Shown one piece after another: positions 59,291 to 64,000 of a stretch of DNA of 64,000 bases. A program made the position numbers and the translations under genes. Origin of the DNA: an uncultured Bacillota bacterium (GTDB taxonomy: Bacteria > Sysuimicrobiota > Sysuimicrobiia > Sysuimicrobiales > Segetimicrobiaceae). The DNA lies in contig CAWDRG010000009.1 of assembly GCA_963804645.1 (NCBI GenBank), positions 1,120,001 to 1,184,000 on the forward strand, written 5' to 3'. The number at the start of each line of letters is the position of its first letter. Within the stretch, counting starts at the first letter, position 1. Below the pieces are notes generated by a model, which saw only the letters and a list, made by a program, of their open reading frames with translations, was not told the origin of the DNA and did not search any database.

Positions 59291-59624
59291 GCTGCTGCTC
59301 CTTTCTCTGCACTTCGCGGAGATAGTCGTCCAGACGATCGAAGCTTTCCGTCCAGAACCGACGGTATGGTTGTACCCAGTCCGCCACGTCCTTCAACGGG
59401 CCCGCGTCGAGCCGGCACGGCCGCCACTGTGCCTCGCGGCCGCGCGCGATCAGCCCGGCCCGCTCGAGCACCTTCAGGTGCTTGGAGACGGCGGGCATCG
59501 TGATGTCGAACGGCCGCGCCAGCTCGGTCACGGAGGCCTCCCCCGCGATCAGGCGCGCGAGGATCGCGCGCCGGGTCGGATCGGCGAGCGCCGCGAACGT
59601 GGTGCTCAGAGGGTCGGTCGACAT
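59238..59624 (-). CDS. ArsR/SmtB family transcriptional regulator
   Basis: FAALADPTRRAIL, PAVSKHLKVLERAGLI, W...FDRLD.YL. Confidence 0.93.
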   Translation of the reverse strand: MSTDPLSTTFAALADPTRRAILARLIAGEASVTELARPFDITMPAVSKHLKVLERAGLIARGREAQWRPCRLDAGPLKDVADWVQPYRRFWTESFDRLDDYLREVQRKEQQHAGKGRRRTPRGKRGNA

Positions 59625-59631
59625 CGTGTTG

Positions 59632-59689
59632 TTCACCAGTTGGATATATAACCTATTGGTAAAGTACGCGAAACGGGACGGTTTGTCAA
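59632..59689 (-). promoter_or_regulatory. Promoter (TTGACA-N17-TACTTT) and AT-rich palindromic operator region of the ArsR operon
   Basis: -35 at 59684-59689, -10 at 59661-59666; adjacent imperfect palindromes TTACCAATAGGTTA and TATCCAACTGGTGA. Confidence 0.65.
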
Positions 59690-59735
59690 GGGGCGTGTGC
59701 GTTCTAGATCATTGACGCCGCCGTGCGCACCGCCG

Positions 59736-60716
59736 TTAGGGGCGCGCCTCGTGACAGGCGACCCAGTGATCTGGCGCGAGCTCCCGCAGCTCCGGGGCCT
59801 CGGAGAAGCATCGGTCGACTTTCCACGGACACCGGGGGTGGAACCGGCAGCCGCCGGGCAGGCGGACCGCGCTCGTCGGCTCGCCGCGGATGTCCACCGC
59901 GGTCTGGGTCGCGCCGGACACCTCGGGGATCGCCGAGAGCAGGGCCAAGGTATAGGGGTGGCGCGGACGGGCAAACAGGTCCGCGGCGGGCGCGTGTTCC
60001 ACGATCTTGCCGAGGTACATCACCGCGACCGCGTCGCTCAGGTACCGGACGACCCGCAGGTCGTGCGAGATGAAGACCATGGTCAGCCCGAGCGAGCGCC
60101 GCAGATCGAGCAGCAGGTCGAGGATCTGCGCCTGGATCGAGACGTCGAGCGCCGAGACCGGCTCGTCGGCGATAAGCAGTTCGGGTCCGACGGCGAGGGC
60201 GCGGGCGATCCCGATCCGCTGCCGCTGTCCTCCGGAGAACTCACCCGGATACTTCCGCGCATCGGTCGGCCGCAGCCCCACCTGGGTGAGGAGCCGGGCG
60301 ACCCGCGCTGGCCGCTCCGGCGGAGCGGCGATGGCGTGGACCGTCAGCACCTCGAGCAGCGCGCTGCCGACCGTCTGCCGCGGATCGAGCGACGAGTACG
60401 GATCTTGGAAGACGACCTGCATGCGCTTCCGGTACGGCAGCAGGTCGCGCTCGTCGAGGCCCGCGAGGTCGACGCCCTCGAACCACATCTCGCCCGCGTC
60501 GGGGCGATACAACCGCAGCACGCACCGCCCGAGGGTGCTCTTGCCGCAGCCGGACTCGCCCACCAGTCCGAGCGTGTGCCCGCGGTCGAGGTCGAACGAG
60601 ACCCCATCCACCGCGTGAACGCGCTCCGGGGTCCGGCGCCGCAGCAGATCGAGCGGACCGCGCGGCAGCGGAAAGTGCTTCACGAGGTTACGAACGCTGA
60701 GCAGCGGCTGCGGCAC
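59736..60716 (-). CDS. Oligopeptide ABC ATP-binding protein, OppF/DppF type
   Basis: [51 protein letters not shown]. Confidence 0.93.
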   Translation of the reverse strand: MPQPLLSVRNLVKHFPLPRGPLDLLRRRTPERVHAVDGVSFDLDRGHTLGLVGESGCGKSTLGRCVLRLYRPDAGEMWFEGVDLAGLDERDLLPYRKRMQVVFQDPYSSLDPRQTVGSALLEVLTVHAIAAPPERPARVARLLTQVGLRPTDARKYPGEFSGGQRQRIGIARALAVGPELLIADEPVSALDVSIQAQILDLLLDLRRSLGLTMVFISHDLRVVRYLSDAVAVMYLGKIVEHAPAADLFARPRHPYTLALLSAIPEVSGATQTAVDIRGEPTSAVRLPGGCRFHPRCPWKVDRCFSEAPELRELAPDHWVACHEARP

Positions 60717-61680
60717 TCCAGTCGCTCCCTACGCGATCGGCTTTGATGCATCGGCTCACGCGCCCCGGCCCGACCGGGATGAGCGGAACCGCGGCCGCCA
60801 CGCACTCCGCGGAGGCCAGCGGACAGCGGGGCGCGAACGCGCACCCCTCGGCAAGTCCGACCGGGTCCGGCGGCGTGCCCGGGATCGGCGTGAGCGGCGC
60901 GGCGCGGTCGACGCTCGGCACCGACCCGATCAATCCCATCGTATACGGGTGCCGAGGGTGCGCGAACAGCTCGTCGGTCGGCGCGAGCTCCACGATCTGC
61001 CCCGCGTACATCACCGCGACCCGGTGCACCGTCTGGCGGACGACCCCGAGGTCGTGCGTCACGAGTACGAGGGCCATGGACAGCTGGCGCTGGAGGCGGC
61101 CCAGCTCCGCGAGGATCTGGGCCTGGATGGTCACGTCGAGCGCCGTCGTGGGTTCGTCCGCGAGCAGCACCGTGGGGCGACGCGCGAGCACGATCGCGAG
61201 CATGACGCGCTGGCGCTGACCGCCCGAGAGCTGGTGCGGGTACGCGGCGAGGCGCCGTTCCGCGTCGGGGATCCCCACCTGCCGTAGGAGCTCCACGACT
61301 CGCCCGCGCCGTCCGGCGCCGGCGGGCAGGACTTCCGAGACCTGGCGCTCGATCGTGAGCACCGGATTGAGCGCGCTCGTTGGGTCCTGGAAAATCATCG
61401 CGACGCCCTGGCCCCGAATCCGCTCGAGCTCCGGCTCCGCGAGCGCGACGAGGTCGCGGCCCCCGAACCGGACGGCGCCCGCGGTGATCCGGGCCGGCGG
61501 ATGCAGCAGGCGCATGACGGCGCGGCAGGTCATGCTCTTTCCCGAACCTGACTCGCCGACGAGAGCGATCGCCTCGCCCGGAGCCACCCCAAACGTCACG
61601 TCGCGCACCGCGCGGACGGTGCCGCGGGGGGTGGGGATCTCGACGCTGAGGCCCTCGACTGACAGCGCGAGATCGGTCAC
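60688..61680 (-). CDS. Oligopeptide ABC ATP-binding protein, OppD/DppD type
   Basis: [45 protein letters not shown]. Confidence 0.93.
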   Translation of the reverse strand: MTDLALSVEGLSVEIPTPRGTVRAVRDVTFGVAPGEAIALVGESGSGKSMTCRAVMRLLHPPARITAGAVRFGGRDLVALAEPELERIRGQGVAMIFQDPTSALNPVLTIERQVSEVLPAGAGRRGRVVELLRQVGIPDAERRLAAYPHQLSGGQRQRVMLAIVLARRPTVLLADEPTTALDVTIQAQILAELGRLQRQLSMALVLVTHDLGVVRQTVHRVAVMYAGQIVELAPTDELFAHPRHPYTMGLIGSVPSVDRAAPLTPIPGTPPDPVGLAEGCAFAPRCPLASAECVAAAVPLIPVGPGRVSRCIKADRVGSDWSAAAAAQRS

Positions 61681-62528
61681 TGGCCGCGGATCCGCAGGAG
61701 GTCGGTGAGGCCGTCGCCGATCAGAATGAAGGCGATGCCGGCGTACATGCACGCGAAGCCCGGCATCGCGGCCGCCCACCAGGCGTTGTAGATGTACATC
61801 CGTCCTTCGGAGATCATGAGGCCCCACTCCGGTGCCGGCGGGCGGACGCCGAGCCCCAGGAACCCCAGCGCCGCCGTGGTGAGGATCACGAGCACGACGT
61901 CAGAGGCGAGGAACACGACGGCGGGGGGAATCGCGTTCGGAAGCAGGTGGCGCAGGATGATCCGCCAGCGGCCGAAGCCGAGCGCGCGCAGCGCGTCCAC
62001 GTATTCCAGTTGCTTGTCGCGGAGGACCTCGCCCCGGACGAGGCGCGCGAAGATGATCCAATCGGTGACGCCGATCGCGACGATGATGTTCCCCTCCGAC
62101 GGCCCGAGAAACGCCACGATCGCGATCACCAGCACCGTGAACGGCACCGCGGAGATGACGTCGACGGCGCGCATCACCACGGCGTCTGCCCAGCCGCCGA
62201 CGTACCCGGCGACCCCGCCGGCCATGCCGCCGAACACAAACGGGAAGATCACCGCCAGGATCCCGATCCGGAGGTCGATCGCGGCACCGTACAACACCCG
62301 GGTGAACACGTCCCGGCCGTAATTATCAGTGCCGAACCAGTGCGAGGCGGACGGCGGCAGCAGCATCGCGTTTAGGTTTTGAGCGGAGGGGTCGTACGCG
62401 ACGAGCGCCGGGGCGAGCGCGGACGCCGCAAGCAGCACGAGCACCATCCCGCCGCCGACGGCAATCCCGAGCGGCACGCGCACCCGGATCCTTCGGGCCG
62501 GCGCCAGATCTCTCGCGAGTGTCGTCAC
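61677..62528 (-). CDS. Oligopeptide ABC permease, OppC/DppC type
   Basis: HWFGTDNYGRD, RHLLPN, PEWGLMI. Confidence 0.93.
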   Translation of the reverse strand: MTTLARDLAPARRIRVRVPLGIAVGGGMVLVLLAASALAPALVAYDPSAQNLNAMLLPPSASHWFGTDNYGRDVFTRVLYGAAIDLRIGILAVIFPFVFGGMAGGVAGYVGGWADAVVMRAVDVISAVPFTVLVIAIVAFLGPSEGNIIVAIGVTDWIIFARLVRGEVLRDKQLEYVDALRALGFGRWRIILRHLLPNAIPPAVVFLASDVVLVILTTAALGFLGLGVRPPAPEWGLMISEGRMYIYNAWWAAAMPGFACMYAGIAFILIGDGLTDLLRIRGQ

Positions 62529-62585
62529 GCGGCCACTCCTACGGAATGCTGCAGGATCGCGTCGCCCACGGGGGCCGCGTCGGCC

Positions 62586-63521
62586 TCAGCCCATCCGCAG
62601 CCGCGGATCGAACAGCGGGTAGACTAGGTCTGTCGCGAGGTTGATCAGCATCGTCCCGAAGGCGAAGATCAGGGTCAGCGTCTGCACCACGACGTAGTCG
62701 CGCGAGTAGATCGAATCGACCATCCACGAGCCGAGCCCCGGGATCGCGAACACGGTCTCGATCACAACCGCCCCGCCGATCGCAAACGACAAGCGGGTGC
62801 CGATGAGCGTCACCATCGGGAGCAGCGCCGCACGCAACACGTGGTGGAAGAGGACGGCCCGCCGGCGCAGCCCCTTTGCGCGGGCGAAGTCCACGTACGC
62901 GGTCGACATCACGTCCACCAGCGACGAGCGGAGATTCCGGCACAGCACCGACGCGAACACGAGTGACAGCGTCAGCGCGGGGAGAAACAGGTGGCTCAGG
63001 TGGCCGAGGGCGCCGTCTCCGTAGCCGGTCGCGGGCAACCAGCCGAACTTCAAGGAGAACACGATCAGGAACAGGATCCCGACCCAAAACTGCGGCGCCG
63101 CAAGCGGCAGCGCCATCGCGGCGCGAATCACCTGGTCCGGCCACCGGTTGCGGTAGAATGCCGCGACCACGGCGAGCGGCACCGCGATCAGCACCGAGAG
63201 CACGAGGCTATAGGTGACCAGGAAGAACGTCACCGCCGCCCGCGGCGGCAGCATCTCGGTCACCGGCGTCTGATACCGCAGTGAGATCCCGAGGTTGCCC
63301 GTGAGCAGGTTCCGCATGTAGACGGCGTACTGCTGCCAGATCGGGCGGTCGAGCCCCCACTGGCTCCGGAGGGCCGCGATCGAGGCGTCGGACGCACGGT
63401 CGCCCAGGATCGCCGACGCCGGGTCGCCCGGCACCAGCTTGATCAGTAGGAAGATCAAGACCGTGACCAGCAGCGCGATTGGCACGATCTGGCCGAGACG
63501 GCCGAGCGCGTAGCGCAGCAT
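62586..63521 (-). CDS. Oligopeptide ABC permease, OppB/DppB type
   Basis: PGDPA, GLDRP...QY, ARAKGL, RDY.VVQ, DPR. Confidence 0.93.
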   Translation of the reverse strand: MLRYALGRLGQIVPIALLVTVLIFLLIKLVPGDPASAILGDRASDASIAALRSQWGLDRPIWQQYAVYMRNLLTGNLGISLRYQTPVTEMLPPRAAVTFFLVTYSLVLSVLIAVPLAVVAAFYRNRWPDQVIRAAMALPLAAPQFWVGILFLIVFSLKFGWLPATGYGDGALGHLSHLFLPALTLSLVFASVLCRNLRSSLVDVMSTAYVDFARAKGLRRRAVLFHHVLRAALLPMVTLIGTRLSFAIGGAVVIETVFAIPGLGSWMVDSIYSRDYVVVQTLTLIFAFGTMLINLATDLVYPLFDPRLRMG

Positions 63522-63539
63522 CCGGTGGGTCTCCTCCGG

Positions 63540-64000
63540 CTACTGCGAGACGGTCACATTCTGGAACAGCCAGGGCCCGGTCGCCATCTGCACGAAGCCG
63601 TGCATGTTCTTGTTGATCGCGATCGTGTACGGCGCGTAGTAGAGCCAGATCAGCGGCGACTCCTGAATCGCGAGCTCCTGCATCTGGTAGTAGATCTGGC
63701 GCCGCGTGGTCGCATTCTGCGCCGTCATGCCGTCCTGGACGAGCTTGCTCATTGCCGGGGACTGGTACCCGGTGTGGTACGACTTCGACGTCGTGTAGTC
63801 AAACTCGTACGACGCGAGCTCGGACGGGTCGGGCACGTCATTCGTCCAGCCGCGGAGCGTGACCTGATAGTCCAGCGAGATCATCCGTGAGCGCGCGGCG
63901 GCGGGGTCGAGCGGCACCAGGTTGAGGGTGACGCCGATCGGCGCCCACATGTTCTTCAGCAGCGTCGCCGAGGTGTTTGCGTCGTTCTGGCCCGACGGCA
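63540..64000 (-). CDS. Oligopeptide ABC substrate-binding protein, C-terminal part (runs off the window)
   Basis: W..IGV.L, GW..D.PDP, RRQIY..MQ.L...SP.IWL. Confidence 0.85.
   Translation of the reverse strand, partial: PSGQNDANTSATLLKNMWAPIGVTLNLVPLDPAAARSRMISLDYQVTLRGWTNDVPDPSELASYEFDYTTSKSYHTGYQSPAMSKLVQDGMTAQNATTRRQIYYQMQELAIQESPLIWLYYAPYTIAINKNMHGFVQMATGPWLFQNVTVSQ

Noticed and set aside
56699..59624. ArsR-SRPBCC-SRPBCC-DoxX-VOC operon
   Set aside because: Widespread, familiar arrangement in soil bacteria; nothing unusual seen
1..64000. CRISPR arrays, tRNA/rRNA genes, prophage genes, reverse transcriptases
   Set aside because: None seen by eye; the repeats present are paralogous genes, IS ends or the 17.8-kb element

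Overview
A very GC-rich bacterial chromosome segment with no recognisable rRNA, tRNA or CRISPR. Scattered 1-nt indels, densest in the first 9 kb and several in homopolymers, look like long-read assembly errors. 1-28 kb is an accessory transport and catabolism island with no visible transcription factor gene. It holds a peptide-type ABC system and an FbpBC-type ABC system divergent from a mirror-duplicated operon (M29/NicX-like protein, MmgE/PrpD-A, SBP, crotonase-A, crotonase-B, MmgE/PrpD-B). Next come MBL, PHP, LLM and SDR genes, a Pot-type ABC system with two tandem SBP paralogues and an atypical OYE flavoenzyme preceded by an unrecognised tandem structured repeat, and a NitT/TauT SBP with a DRE-TIM enzyme carrying a degenerate signature. 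28-54 kb is mixed housekeeping: SWIM-SNF2 helicase, DAO-family oxidoreductase, murT-gatD, menA, cdh, a protease with tandem Rap1a-like domains, pfpI-like, DUF1445, pxpA and an S1 protein. A complete 2082-bp two-ORF IS (DUF6788-like ORF plus DDE transposase, imperfect TIRs, 9-bp target duplication) sits just upstream of the S1 gene promoter. An ArsR-SRPBCC operon and an Opp/Dpp operon end the window. All family calls come from motif recognition; no database searches were run.
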